Below, in pieces: positions 36,561 through 47,629 of a DNA stretch of 59,068 nt (position 1 is the stretch's first letter; the number at the start of each line of letters is the position of its first letter). The notes under the pieces are model-generated. The model searched no databases and had not been told where the DNA came from. It saw only the letters and a program-made list of their open reading frames with translations. Source of the DNA: Pseudomonadota bacterium (GTDB lineage Bacteria > Desulfobacterota > Desulfobacteria > Desulfobacterales > RPRI01); contig JBDRRF010000075.1 of the NCBI GenBank assembly GCA_043825875.1, forward strand, positions 1 to 59,068, given 5' to 3'. The position numbers and the translations under genes are program-made.

Positions 36561-38867
36561 TTACATGGCACTTCCGGTTAGTACAAATGCTGCCCAGTAA
36601 TAAGGGTTTGGGTATTGTTTTTTAACCTTGAGCTGTGCCTGCCGCAAAGCCTCGTCTTTATTCATCTTCGATAGGTTGGTGTAAAAATTAACCATTATAT
36701 CGCGGGTTGCCTCATCATCCACCTGCCACAAGCTGGATATTAACGAGTGCGCTCCCGCATAAAGGAATCCGCGCGTAAAACCAATAACATCATCACCTGT
36801 TGCCACTTTACCCAGAGCAGTTTCACAGGCACTGAGAGTTACCAAATCGGCGCTTAAAGATAAATTATAAAGATCACCGGCTCTCAGCAGTCCATTATCA
36901 ATCGTGTCTGCAGCAAGCAGAAGCGCTGAATCAAGGGGCTTATCAATATCAAACATTCCATGTACGGCCAGATGAATTATAGAATATTTGTTCCCGAATT
37001 TTTCCAGATTATATTTTGAAGCCTCATTGCGTAAGAAAACATTGGATTTAGGAATTATGTTACTAATGGCAAGAGCCTCGTCTTGTGCAAATTTCAAATC
37101 ATATTTAGGGTTGTTTAACTTTGGGTTGCCGAAAATCAAAGCACCTTGATTTTCTTGCTTTATACTTTTCTTAAGAAAGTCTAAAACGCTGGCGCTGGGC
37201 AACATCCGTATGCTAAAGTGGTCAATCAAATATTCCTTGCCGTTTAAAAGGGCGGCAAAAGGCAAATAATGTAAGGAGCCATGAGGAACAATAATTAATT
37301 TTTCTGTTTTAATTGCGGGAGCCGCAACAGCAAATATTTGGCGGTATAGCATCTGACTATAGCGGTTAAAAGCCGGAAGGTTTTGAGTAGTAATGTTTTT
37401 TCGCAGTGCTTCAATATTTTTATTCAAATCCGTTACCGGCAGTTTATGAACCGAAATCATCTTGTCTGTTAAAATAAAAACATACCATTTTTCCCCTGCA
37501 CAATAATATTCCAGTAGTGTTTCATCGTTTTTAATCTTGCTTTGGATTTCAGTCGTGGAAGGAGTAGTCACTGAAACAAGAGCCGCCAGTTCAGGTGCAT
37601 TGTCCTGAAGTTCTTTTTTTAACTTAAGGACAACCGACCGGGTTTTGGTTTGTATTTCTTTATCTTTATCAGATTGCGCCACAACATTAAGATCATTTTC
37701 CGATTTGTTAAGTCTGGCAAGAGTTGATTCGATTTGGACTGCTGTCTGACCTGCAGGGGCTTTTATATTCTTCTGTGAAGCAAGCAAATCTACCAGTACG
37801 CGGGCTTTGGCACGCTCAACGTAAGCAAATGCCTCCGAATAACGATTTCCATCAAGAAGGAGAGTTGCCATTTCAGCGTAAGCAGTTTGTTTGTCGCCGA
37901 CAAAGCCTATACGTCCTGCCTCTGAATTAATCGAAGAGCGCTGCTTTTCAATAATATCGATTGCTTTTTTGAGCATATCTTCTGCATTGATTTTCTGACC
38001 TTCGGCAAGAGCAATCTTTGCACGATCAAGAAGCACAATCCAGTAAATACTGCCGATTTGCTCAATTTGCGGATGTCCTAAAAGCCGGTCATATCCTTTT
38101 TTGGCTTCAGCTATATTTCCTGTTTCGTAAAGGCTTTTTGATAAAATAAACAGATTGGGTATTTCCTGAAAAGTCTGATCGTAGAATGCTGTGATCGTTC
38201 CTGTTACTTTTGCATCCGGGTTCCTTATTGCACTCAGAGCTTTATCATATTTTTTCAATGCCATGTAAATACGGGCCAGAGCGCTGTATTTTTCGGGACC
38301 GTTCATGACCGTGATGCTCACGTTCTGCAAAGAATCAGCAATTTTTTCAGCATCTGGTGTATTTCCGGACAGAGCATAGGCAACGCCAAGAATATCGTAA
38401 ACAGAGATCAGTTGAGATGTGTAAAAGCTTTGTTTATCACGTCCGTCTGCATGTAACAGATTATAAGCGATAATGCCTTGTTCAATTGCCATCTGAGGTT
38501 CACCCTGATCAAGATAAATTGAACCGCGCAAAACCTGGGGATAGACTGTCAGATCGGAACCGACAAAAGTATTGTCGCCATTATCAATCTGCTTTTGAAG
38601 CAAGTCTGTTATGGAAAGCGCTTTGTTGTAATTGCGAATTCCGTTATAAGAGGATGCCAGTAAAAAAAGCTGAAAAGAAGACAGCGTATTGCCTTTATCG
38701 AGTTTTGGCTGGAGAGTATTAATTATTTCATGCAGCTGCTGTTTCTGAGCATAACTGCTTAACCTGATATCTCTGGATAAAGAACAAGCCGCGAAAAAAC
38801 AAGATAGCAGCAATATCACAAATCTTGTGAAATACTTCTTGTGTTTCATGTAGTTAAAGTCAGTCAT
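36561..38867 (-). CDS. CHAT-domain (caspase-like) TPR lipoprotein
   Basis: Lipobox FAAC; ERAKAR; LPFAAL; IHLAVHG and LSACETA dyad; SLWQVDD; PYYWAAF. Confidence 0.9.
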   Translation of the reverse strand: MTDFNYMKHKKYFTRFVILLLSCFFAACSLSRDIRLSSYAQKQQLHEIINTLQPKLDKGNTLSSFQLFLLASSYNGIRNYNKALSITDLLQKQIDNGDNTFVGSDLTVYPQVLRGSIYLDQGEPQMAIEQGIIAYNLLHADGRDKQSFYTSQLISVYDILGVAYALSGNTPDAEKIADSLQNVSITVMNGPEKYSALARIYMALKKYDKALSAIRNPDAKVTGTITAFYDQTFQEIPNLFILSKSLYETGNIAEAKKGYDRLLGHPQIEQIGSIYWIVLLDRAKIALAEGQKINAEDMLKKAIDIIEKQRSSINSEAGRIGFVGDKQTAYAEMATLLLDGNRYSEAFAYVERAKARVLVDLLASQKNIKAPAGQTAVQIESTLARLNKSENDLNVVAQSDKDKEIQTKTRSVVLKLKKELQDNAPELAALVSVTTPSTTEIQSKIKNDETLLEYYCAGEKWYVFILTDKMISVHKLPVTDLNKNIEALRKNITTQNLPAFNRYSQMLYRQIFAVAAPAIKTEKLIIVPHGSLHYLPFAALLNGKEYLIDHFSIRMLPSASVLDFLKKSIKQENQGALIFGNPKLNNPKYDLKFAQDEALAISNIIPKSNVFLRNEASKYNLEKFGNKYSIIHLAVHGMFDIDKPLDSALLLAADTIDNGLLRAGDLYNLSLSADLVTLSACETALGKVATGDDVIGFTRGFLYAGAHSLISSLWQVDDEATRDIMVNFYTNLSKMNKDEALRQAQLKVKKQYPNPYYWAAFVLTGSAM

Positions 38868-38941
38868 TTCTAAACCTCATTCCGATATTACCCGTATAAA
38901 TTTAATATATGAAATTGTGGCTTAATAACGTTTATCAGCTT

Positions 38942-39697
38942 TTATTTATAAATATCCGGGTGGTGTCGCTGTCTGAATGCTTCATACATTGCCACAGCTC
39001 CGGCAGCGGAAGCATTCAGTGAACTGATGCTATCCTTTTGTGGAATTGAAACAAGAAAATCACAATTTACTTTAACCAGCGGACGTATGCCTTTCCCCTC
39101 GCTTCCTACTACTAAGGCAACAGGGCCGGAAAGATCGCATTTATAAACCGGCATATCCGCTGTTGCATCCATTCCCGCAATCCAGATACCTTTATCCTTA
39201 AGAATTTTAATAGCGCTAACCATATTTGTAACCACGGAAACATGTGCATGTTCAAGCGCTCCTGCCGAAGCTTTGGAAACTGCCGGAGTGGGTAAAGCCG
39301 AACGGTCTTTTGTAATTATAACTCCGGAAACACCGGCGCATAAGGCAGTTCTGACAAGAGAGCCAAGATTTTGGGGATCAACAATATTATCAAGCAGTAA
39401 AAAAAAATCTTTATGTTCTGGTGTTATTTGTTTCAGAATATCATCAAACGGGAGCAATGGGTAAATACTTGTCTTTGCACCGATACCCTGGTTAAACGCA
39501 GAGTCTGCAATTTTTTCCAGATGACTGCTTTCAACAGTTTTTACAGGGATTCTCATTGATTCGGCCAATTTGATTATATCCGCAAATCGTTTTGAATTTT
39601 TTGATTTTGCAATATAAACTTCGTATACTTTTCTTCTGCCTGCCTTAATGGCTTCAGATACAGGATGAATCCCATATAGTATTTCAGTTTTGTTCAT
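38942..39697 (-). CDS. rlmB: 23S rRNA (guanosine-2'-O)-methyltransferase
   Basis: YGIHPV, DPQNLGSLVRTA, GSEGKG, SLNASAA. Confidence 0.93.
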   Translation of the reverse strand: MNKTEILYGIHPVSEAIKAGRRKVYEVYIAKSKNSKRFADIIKLAESMRIPVKTVESSHLEKIADSAFNQGIGAKTSIYPLLPFDDILKQITPEHKDFFLLLDNIVDPQNLGSLVRTALCAGVSGVIITKDRSALPTPAVSKASAGALEHAHVSVVTNMVSAIKILKDKGIWIAGMDATADMPVYKCDLSGPVALVVGSEGKGIRPLVKVNCDFLVSIPQKDSISSLNASAAGAVAMYEAFRQRHHPDIYK

Positions 39698-39700
39698 AAC

Positions 39701-40171
39701 CTATACTCTTAAAGTTGCAATTAGTCTTTTGGGGTTTAAAAGCAGTTCAAACGCATAAATTATTGATGTACAGATAATATCTGCTGATACAAGCGTTTGG
39801 GTACATACTCCTTCTTCCTGTACTACTGCAATTCCTATTTTGGCGTCCTTTAGCATCAGAGCATCATTTCTTCCGTTTCCTATGCATACGCAATTATCTT
39901 TTCCCAGTTTTATTACATATTCCTGCTTTTGTTTATCCTGTTCACCGGGAGAAAGTATATACAGGTTAACAGGCAGCTCTCCTAACTGTTGTTGTACATC
40001 CCCAAATGTATCGGCAGTAATAACATGGATGCTCATTAAATCGGATAACGCAATTAAAGTCGGCTTAATGCTGTTATATAACCTGCCATCAAATGCTATA
40101 GTGCCGTTATAATCCAAAATAAGATATTTTAATTCTAAATCACCTGAACCGGGTATTGATATCTGTATCAA
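39701..40171 (-). CDS. HAD-family hydrolase (soluble P-type ATPase-like)
   Basis: LDYNGTIAFDG, TADTFG, IGNGRND, PKRLIATLR. Confidence 0.88.
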   Translation of the reverse strand: MIQISIPGSGDLELKYLILDYNGTIAFDGRLYNSIKPTLIALSDLMSIHVITADTFGDVQQQLGELPVNLYILSPGEQDKQKQEYVIKLGKDNCVCIGNGRNDALMLKDAKIGIAVVQEEGVCTQTLVSADIICTSIIYAFELLLNPKRLIATLRV

Positions 40172-40203
40172 AATTGCCTCCTATGCTAATTATAGACAAT
40201 GTT

Positions 40204-40698
40204 TCATATAGGCCGCAGCATTTTGATTATATCTATTGCCTGGCCTGGCTTTTCTGCAATGTGAACAGCCCCATTTCCCAGTTTCTGAAAAAAAGCAATA
40301 GACTCTATATCTGCTCCCAACATAATAACAGGTTTGCAGGCTTTAAGCGCCAATGCAATTTCAGATACTGTCCCTGAACCTTTGCAGCCACAAGCAACAA
40401 CAACATCGCTTGAAAGAACATTAATATTATTACGCGCATTATGCATATCTGTTATAATAACAATATCCACAAACGGGCTGGGTTTTGAATCTGCAGACGG
40501 CAGTATACCCAAAGTTATACTGCCAGGTATCTCTTTTGCGCCCTGATTAACCGCTTCCATTACTCCTATATCTCTGCCGCCACTTAGTACAATCCAGCCT
40601 TCCTGAGCAATAAGCCTGCCAAGTTCATATGCATTGCCGGTATCACAGGTATCAGCACTTTGGCCCGATCCCATTACTCCTACTATAAATCGGCGCAT
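40204..40698 (-). CDS. LOG/TIGR00725-like Rossmann nucleotide-binding protein
   Basis: GVMGS, GGRDIGVMEA, ARNNINV, GTVSEIALA. Confidence 0.85.
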   Translation of the reverse strand: MRRFIVGVMGSGQSADTCDTGNAYELGRLIAQEGWIVLSGGRDIGVMEAVNQGAKEIPGSITLGILPSADSKPSPFVDIVIITDMHNARNNINVLSSDVVVACGCKGSGTVSEIALALKACKPVIMLGADIESIAFFQKLGNGAVHIAEKPGQAIDIIKMLRPI

Positions 40699-40974
40699 AA
40701 AATACCACGAGTCCTTTTGGCTTGGTGTTATTTATTCTATAAATTACTCTATAATATACTGAAATAATAAAAGTAACCAAAATATTTCTTGGCTTTTATT
40801 AATTCAGTTGGTATAAGTAATAAACTTATGAACGAATAGTTTTAATGCATTTTATCTTGATATCACTTGTTCTGCAACAGGTATCAACTATTATATATTA
40901 ATAAATAACTGGCTACAATATTTGCGGCGATAAAATAATTGTTATTGTATTGCCGGATCGGATTAAATTATTCC

Positions 40975-42627
40975 ATGAGTATCAGCCCAAATGCCGGAAA
41001 ACCGGCGGAATCATCTATACTTATTGATGTGTCTAAACTTACCAAGGCATATTACAGCGAAAAACCTGATGCTTCGATTGCAGAGCAACGGATCAGCTTT
41101 GGAACTTCAGGACATCGTGGTTCGGCATTTAAAAATGCTTTTAATGAAGAACATATTTTAGCTGTAACACAGGCTCTTTGTTTGTATCGCAAAAAGGAGC
41201 AAATTACAGGACCGCTGTTTATAGGAAAAGATACGCATGCGCTTTCGGAACCCGCTTTTATAAGCGCTCTTGAGGTTCTGGCGGCAAATGGTGTAGATGT
41301 TATGATCGAAAAATTGGATGAATACACCCCGACGCCAGTTATATCGCATGCCATCTTAAATTATAACCGGGATCGTAAAGCCGGGTTGGCAGACGGTATA
41401 GTTATTACTCCTTCGCACAATCCTCCCGAAGACGGAGGTTTTAAATACAATCCTACAAACGGAGGCCCGGCAGGCGGAAATATAACAAAATGGATTGAAT
41501 CGGCGGCGAACTCATTTCTCGAAAATAAGCTAAATGGTATTAAAAGAATTCCGTTTGAAAAAGCGCTCAATGCGGCTACTACACATTATTATGGTTATAT
41601 TGATAAATACACAGCTGAACTAAATCGGGTTATAGATATGGAAGCTATCCGTAACTCGGAAATAACAATTGGAGTAGATCCTCTTGGCGGAGCCGGTGTC
41701 CATTACTGGAAAGTTATTGCCGAAAGATATAAAATTAACTTAACTGTAGTAGATGAAACAGTAGATCCAACTTTTAGTTTTATGACTGTGGATTGGGATG
41801 GAAAGATACGAATGGATCCTTCTTCAGTCTACGCCATGCAGCGACTGATAGGACTTAAGGACAGATTCCAAATAGCCTGTGCTTGTGATACCGACCATGA
41901 TCGTCATGGGATTGTTACCCGTGGTGCCGGGTTACTTCCGCCTAATCATTATCTGGCTGCTTGTGTTTTCTATCTTTTTCAGCATCGCCCCAGCTGGTCA
42001 AAAACTGCGGCTGTAGGTAAAACACTTGTAAGCAGCAGTATGATCGATCGCGTTGCAGCCGGACTTTCCCGCAAACTTTATGAGGTTCCGGTTGGGTTCA
42101 AATGGTTTGTTGACGGTCTGCAAGACGGTTCACTGGCCTTCGGATGCGAAGAAAGTGCCGGTGCTTCTTTTGTGCGAATGGACGGGAAAGCATGGTCAAC
42201 CGACAAAGACGGCATTATCGCAGCTTTGCTTGCCGCTGAAATGACGGCAACCATGAAACGCGATCCCGGCGAAATATACAGCGATTTGACACAACTGTTC
42301 GGAGATCCCATATATAAACGTATTGATGCACCTGCTTCACCGGAGCAAAAAGCCAGACTTTCGAAATTATCTCCTGAAAGTGTCCGGCTTAAAGAATTGG
42401 CAGGAGAAGAAATACAGGCTGCACTCACAAGCGCTCCGGGTAATGGTGCTGCTATTGGCGGTTTAAAGGTTGTTACCAAAAACGGATGGTTTGCGGCGCG
42501 TCCTTCCGGCACTGAAAATATATATAAGATTTATGCCGAGAGTTTTAAAGACAATGAACATCTTGACTGTATTATCAAAGAAGCTCAGGCAATAGTTAAC
42601 GATGCTGTTGGGGCAGCACCGCTATAG
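40975..42627 (+). CDS. pgm: phosphoglucomutase (alpha-D-glucose phosphate-specific)
   Basis: [34 protein letters not shown]. Confidence 0.96.
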   Translation: MSISPNAGKPAESSILIDVSKLTKAYYSEKPDASIAEQRISFGTSGHRGSAFKNAFNEEHILAVTQALCLYRKKEQITGPLFIGKDTHALSEPAFISALEVLAANGVDVMIEKLDEYTPTPVISHAILNYNRDRKAGLADGIVITPSHNPPEDGGFKYNPTNGGPAGGNITKWIESAANSFLENKLNGIKRIPFEKALNAATTHYYGYIDKYTAELNRVIDMEAIRNSEITIGVDPLGGAGVHYWKVIAERYKINLTVVDETVDPTFSFMTVDWDGKIRMDPSSVYAMQRLIGLKDRFQIACACDTDHDRHGIVTRGAGLLPPNHYLAACVFYLFQHRPSWSKTAAVGKTLVSSSMIDRVAAGLSRKLYEVPVGFKWFVDGLQDGSLAFGCEESAGASFVRMDGKAWSTDKDGIIAALLAAEMTATMKRDPGEIYSDLTQLFGDPIYKRIDAPASPEQKARLSKLSPESVRLKELAGEEIQAALTSAPGNGAAIGGLKVVTKNGWFAARPSGTENIYKIYAESFKDNEHLDCIIKEAQAIVNDAVGAAPL

Positions 42628-42661
42628 TATTTGCCAAAACAAATTCAGATTGAGACTTGTT

Positions 42662-43822
42662 CTAATCTTTTTCTTTTCTTAGAACATTTAATATCTCTTC
42701 TCCAAACTCTGATTTCTGCCAGTTTTTCATTTCGCTAATTTGTTTAAGTTCTGACAAAGAAACAGGATTTTTTGTGCCTATAGCGGTTAGCAGCGCTTTA
42801 TTTAATAAGATCCCAGGATCAATCTTAAGTTCTATTGCTTTATGATTTCTCCATGTTTTGATCTCTTCGATCCGCTTTAAAGCAGCAGGGGATATTGCAG
42901 GAGTCTTTTTTTTCGGATAAACCGGAAGCATCTCTTTGGGTGTTTTTATGGCTTTATGTATTATGGTAAGCAGATCCTTGCCATATATATCCATTTGCTT
43001 TTTGGATAATGCATTTGTATTTATAATTTTATTTATACTGTCCGGTCTTGCTTCGGCAAGTTTTAGCAATGAAGTATTCCCTATTATTTTAAAAAAGGGC
43101 ACATCTTTTTTCTGTGCAATTTCTTTTCGAAAAACAAGAAGCGCCTCAAGAATAGCAAGCTTTTCCGGTTTAAGTTTTCCGGCTCCCTTGAATTTTAAAA
43201 AAAGAGGTTCGCCATTGTCCTTATCCGGTCTTACCCTGCATAATATATCGCATTCTTCTTGAACCCAGGATGAACGCCCAATATTATCAAGTTCCTTTTC
43301 GAGAATTTCGGCAAGAGTAACAAGATATCTTACGTCATTAACAGCATAATTTAACATATCGTCAATTAACGGTCTTTGTGACCAGTCTTTTTTCCTGAAT
43401 TTCTTTTCAAGAAACACATTAAACCGTTGACGGATTACAGCCTCAAGGCCTGTTTCCCTGATTCCAAGAAATCTTGAAGCAAGTTCGGTATCAAAAAGAT
43501 TGTTTATTTCGATATTAAAATCACGGAAAAGAGAGCGAATATCATAATCAGCGCCATGAAATATTTTTGTAATATCTTTATTTGAAAAGATGGGTTTTAA
43601 AAGTGATAAATCTTTAAGTTTTAAAGTATCAATTGCGAAAAGATAATTTTTTGATGCAACCTGGAGTAAACAGACTTTTTCCGGAAAATGATGCATGGAG
43701 TCAGCTTCAAGGTCAAAGCCAATCATTTTATCTTCTTTTATGTTTTGCAGCGCATGTTTTAATGCAGATGAAGTTTCAATTAATGTTACGGGGTTACTCA
43801 AATTCAAAGCCTTTTTCCTCAA
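42662..43822 (-). CDS. rnd: ribonuclease D (3'-5' exonuclease + HRDC)
   Basis: FDLEADS, HGADYD, FDTELA, DWSQRPL...YAVNDV; the real start may be slightly downstream. Confidence 0.88.
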   Translation of the reverse strand: MRKKALNLSNPVTLIETSSALKHALQNIKEDKMIGFDLEADSMHHFPEKVCLLQVASKNYLFAIDTLKLKDLSLLKPIFSNKDITKIFHGADYDIRSLFRDFNIEINNLFDTELASRFLGIRETGLEAVIRQRFNVFLEKKFRKKDWSQRPLIDDMLNYAVNDVRYLVTLAEILEKELDNIGRSSWVQEECDILCRVRPDKDNGEPLFLKFKGAGKLKPEKLAILEALLVFRKEIAQKKDVPFFKIIGNTSLLKLAEARPDSINKIINTNALSKKQMDIYGKDLLTIIHKAIKTPKEMLPVYPKKKTPAISPAALKRIEEIKTWRNHKAIELKIDPGILLNKALLTAIGTKNPVSLSELKQISEMKNWQKSEFGEEILNVLRKEKD

Positions 43823-45170
43823 AAACTGTAAGACACGCCTTTACAACTTCGGGGTCATAGAGAATATTTTTATTTTCCTTAATTTCCTCAAGCGCTTTGT
43901 CAATTCCCAAAGCTGATCGGTACGGTCGATGTGATGCCATAGCCTCTACAACATCTGCTACGCTCAATATTCGTGTTTCAATAAGAATATTTTCTCCCTC
44001 AATGCCTTTCGGATAACCTGAGCCATTCATTCTTTCATGATGCTGTAAAATTATCTGTGCAACAGGCCAGGGGAATTCGACATCTTTTAAAATATTGTAA
44101 CCTGCATCAGGATGAGTTTGTATAAACTGCATTTCAATATCACTCAATTTGGAAGGCTTGCTTAAAATATCGGCTGGTACCGATAACTTGCCAAGATCGT
44201 GAATGGATCCTGCTATTTCAATTCCTTCAATCTTTTGGGCAGGAAGATTCATCTCAATTGCTATAGCTTTGGATAGCGCAGCCACTCGCCTCTGATGGCC
44301 CGCAGTATAAGGATCTCTGGCTTCTATTGTTAAAGTCATAGCTTGAATAACTCCGCTGGTGGCTTTTTGCATCCTTTCAAAATTTTCCTTAAGCTTTTCT
44401 TCGCTCTTTTTGCTTTCGGTAATGTTTATCAACAACCCGCGCGAACCAATACTTTTGTTTTCACGTATTATATTTCGGCCTGATGAACGGACCCATATAA
44501 TTTCGCCTGTTTTCTTGACAAGCTTGAACTCAAGTGATGTGAGGTATTCTGATTTATTATCGTTAAATTTTTTCTCAACAATGGGAAGATCTTCAGAGCA
44601 AATAAAATCCCGAAAATTATGGCCTATAATTTCTGATGGTTTATATCCCCAGAATGATTCTATCGGGTCGCTGACATAGGTTATAATACCTTTTTCATCT
44701 GCCATAAAAAATACATCATTTATATTTTCAACAAGCTCTCTGAATTGCTCCTCCGATTCACGTAATGCAGCATCTTTGCGTTTTTGCTCTTTTCTTAATT
44801 CCGCATCTCTTAAAGCCCTTTTAACCGATAGCGCAAGGCGCATCAGTCTATCTTTAAGTACATAATCGATTGCACCTCTTTTTAATGATTCAACTGCGAT
44901 CTCCTCACCTAGTGTTCCGGTAACAAATATAAAAGGAACTTCCGGCAGCTTTTTAAGCGCAATATCTAAGGCAGAAAGTCCGTCAAAAGAGGGAAGGGTG
45001 TAGTCAGCGAGAATTATATCTATATCACCTTTTTCAATTTCAGAAATAAACCTTTCTTTCGTATCTATGCGGATAACTTCACATTCAATTTCATCTTCCG
45101 AAAGTATTTCCTGAATAAGTAAAGAATCTGTAGGACTGTCTTCAAGGTTTATCACTTTTATTTTTTTCAT
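43794..45170 (-). CDS. REC-PAS-HD-GYP response regulator (c-di-GMP phosphodiesterase)
   Basis: LEDS...ILADY (REC), PAS, DPYTAGHQ, HDLGK, HHERMNGSGYP. Confidence 0.92.
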   Translation of the reverse strand: MKKIKVINLEDSPTDSLLIQEILSEDEIECEVIRIDTKERFISEIEKGDIDIILADYTLPSFDGLSALDIALKKLPEVPFIFVTGTLGEEIAVESLKRGAIDYVLKDRLMRLALSVKRALRDAELRKEQKRKDAALRESEEQFRELVENINDVFFMADEKGIITYVSDPIESFWGYKPSEIIGHNFRDFICSEDLPIVEKKFNDNKSEYLTSLEFKLVKKTGEIIWVRSSGRNIIRENKSIGSRGLLINITESKKSEEKLKENFERMQKATSGVIQAMTLTIEARDPYTAGHQRRVAALSKAIAIEMNLPAQKIEGIEIAGSIHDLGKLSVPADILSKPSKLSDIEMQFIQTHPDAGYNILKDVEFPWPVAQIILQHHERMNGSGYPKGIEGENILIETRILSVADVVEAMASHRPYRSALGIDKALEEIKENKNILYDPEVVKACLTVFEEKGFEFE

Positions 45171-45469
45171 AAAAATTTCTCCTGCAAATTACGGACTTTG
45201 GAGAATATCTGGTTTTGGCTTACATATAATTTTATTGGTTTAAAGTGTAACATGTTTCAAGGTGTTAATAAACCCTTTATATAATTTTATATTAAATATG
45301 ATGTTTTAACCTTTGCTATATGCATCGGTGTATTTTAAATCGGAAATGATCATTTTGCTTCATAAAATTAACAATACATAGTATATATTTTTAGCAAGAT
45401 TGTCATGATAACATAACAGCGTTTTATATTCTATTTTTTATGCAATAAACTTAAGGAGATATTTTATCT

Positions 45470-47380
45470 GTGAAACAGATTGTTCTTGGGACGGCAGGAC
45501 ACATTGATCATGGGAAAACAAGCTTTGTAAAAGCCATGACCGGCATTAATACCGACAGGCTTAAGGAGGAGCAAGTCCGGGGAATAACCATAGAGCTTGG
45601 GTTTGCCTGGCTGGATCTTCCAAACGGTATAAGAATCGGAATTGTGGATGTGCCCGGCCATGAAAAATTTGTTAAAAACATGGTTGCAGGAGCTTCAGGG
45701 ATAGATATTGTTGCAATGATTATTGCCGCAGATGAAGGAGTGATGCCACAGACAAAAGAGCATATGGAAATATGCCAGCTTCTGGGTATAAAATATGGAA
45801 TTGTTGTATTGACCAAGATTGATCTTGTTGATGAAGAATGGCTGGAGCTTGTAACAGATGATATAAAAAAATTTGTAAAAGGGACTTTTTTAGACGATGC
45901 TCCTGTAGTACCGGTATCTGCCTCAACCGGAGAAGGAGTTGACGATTTTATAAAAGTACTTTCCGAAATAAGCCCAAATATCCCAGGTCGTTCTTCATCG
46001 GGGCTTTTTCGGCTTCCTGTTGACAGGGTATTTAGTATGAAGGGGTTTGGTACTGTTATTACAGGCACGCTGATATCAGGTCATGTTCAGGTGGGGGATA
46101 TGATTATGATATATCCTTCGGGCATAACTTCCAAAGTTCGTGGGATTCAAGTTCATAACGAAAGCGTAACGGAAGCTATAGCCGGTATGCGAACAGCCAT
46201 TAATTTCCAGGGTCTTGAAAAAGCTTCGGTTAACCGGGGTGAAATTGTTTCAACTCCCGGAGCGCTTATTTCGACTTTCATGTTAGATGTTTCACTGAAC
46301 TATTTATCAAGCAATAAGAAACCCGTTAAAAACCGCACTCGTGTCAGATTCCATGCCGGTACAAGTGAAATCCCAGGCAATCTTATTTTGCTCGACAGGG
46401 AAGAACTTCTTCCAGGAGAAGATGCTGTTGCCCAACTCAGGCTCGATACTCCGGTTGCGGTTGTAAAAGATGACAGATTCGTTTTAAGAAGTGTTTCTCC
46501 TGTAAGGACAATAGCAGGCGGGCAAATTCTTAACCCGGTTCCCGTAAAGCATAAGAGGTTTAAGGCGGAAATTACCAAAGGTCTTGAAAGCCTTTCAGAC
46601 CTTTTGCCTGAAGACCTGGTATCGTATTATGTCGCTCAATCCGGTTTCAAAGGCGCTTCTATTTCAGAGTTAAAGGTCATGACAAATATTTCCGAAAAGC
46701 AGCTTGACAGCAATCTTCAAAATCTTTTGTCCAAAAAAAGTATTATTTTAGCCGACAAAGAAAACAGGATATATCTTCATCAGGATGTTTTAAATGATCT
46801 AAAACTTGATACTACCAATTCTCTTGATGCTTATCACAAAGCAAATCCGCTTAAAGCCGGAATGCCCAAAGAAGAACTTAAATCCAAAATGCCGGATTTT
46901 TTAAACCCGAAGTTTTTCAACCTGATAATTAATCAGATGATAAAGGAAAAAGAAATTGAACTTGATGAGGATATGGTTCGCCGTAAAGGTCATAAGGTTT
47001 CGCTTGGTGAAGATCAGAGCCGCATAAAAACTAAAATCATTGAAATATATCATAAAGGTGCTCTTACCCCCCCCTTCCTCAAAGATTTGAAAGAAGAACT
47101 TAAGATTGATTCTGCAAAAGCAAAAGATGTGCTTATGCTTCTTGTAAATGAGGGTGTTATAGTCAAGATAAAAGAAGATTTTTATATACATTCCGAGAAT
47201 ATCAATAATCTTAAAAACAAGGTGGTTGAATTCTTAAAAGCAAACGAGGAAATGACAACCCCGCAGTTTAAAGATATGACAGGAGCATCAAGAAAGTATT
47301 TGATCCCGCTTCTGGAATATTTTGATTCAAAAAATGTTACGATCCGTATAGGAGATATCAGAAAATTAAGAAAAGCTTAA
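45470..47380 (+). CDS. selB: selenocysteine-specific elongation factor
   Basis: GTAGHIDHGKT, DRLKEE..RGITIELGF, DVPGHE, C-terminal SRKYLIPLLEYFD...R.GD.R. Confidence 0.97.
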   Translation: MKQIVLGTAGHIDHGKTSFVKAMTGINTDRLKEEQVRGITIELGFAWLDLPNGIRIGIVDVPGHEKFVKNMVAGASGIDIVAMIIAADEGVMPQTKEHMEICQLLGIKYGIVVLTKIDLVDEEWLELVTDDIKKFVKGTFLDDAPVVPVSASTGEGVDDFIKVLSEISPNIPGRSSSGLFRLPVDRVFSMKGFGTVITGTLISGHVQVGDMIMIYPSGITSKVRGIQVHNESVTEAIAGMRTAINFQGLEKASVNRGEIVSTPGALISTFMLDVSLNYLSSNKKPVKNRTRVRFHAGTSEIPGNLILLDREELLPGEDAVAQLRLDTPVAVVKDDRFVLRSVSPVRTIAGGQILNPVPVKHKRFKAEITKGLESLSDLLPEDLVSYYVAQSGFKGASISELKVMTNISEKQLDSNLQNLLSKKSIILADKENRIYLHQDVLNDLKLDTTNSLDAYHKANPLKAGMPKEELKSKMPDFLNPKFFNLIINQMIKEKEIELDEDMVRRKGHKVSLGEDQSRIKTKIIEIYHKGALTPPFLKDLKEELKIDSAKAKDVLMLLVNEGVIVKIKEDFYIHSENINNLKNKVVEFLKANEEMTTPQFKDMTGASRKYLIPLLEYFDSKNVTIRIGDIRKLRKA

Positions 47381-47629
47381 TATCTGACAGCATCCCTATT
47401 GTTTTATTTTCTTGCCTAAAATCAGTTTGAGTTTGCATCTGAGAAACGCATAAAAGCATAGATGTTCCCACTATTCTCCCTGTTATGACAATATGAGACC
47501 CCGGAGTACTCATAAGTTTAATTTTAAATGCCCATAATATAAACTACATGGGTTGACAAATTAAAAATCACACGCATTTTAATGCATATTTTTATATTAT
47601 TTGAAAACTGCCTTTTGACTGGAGGAATT

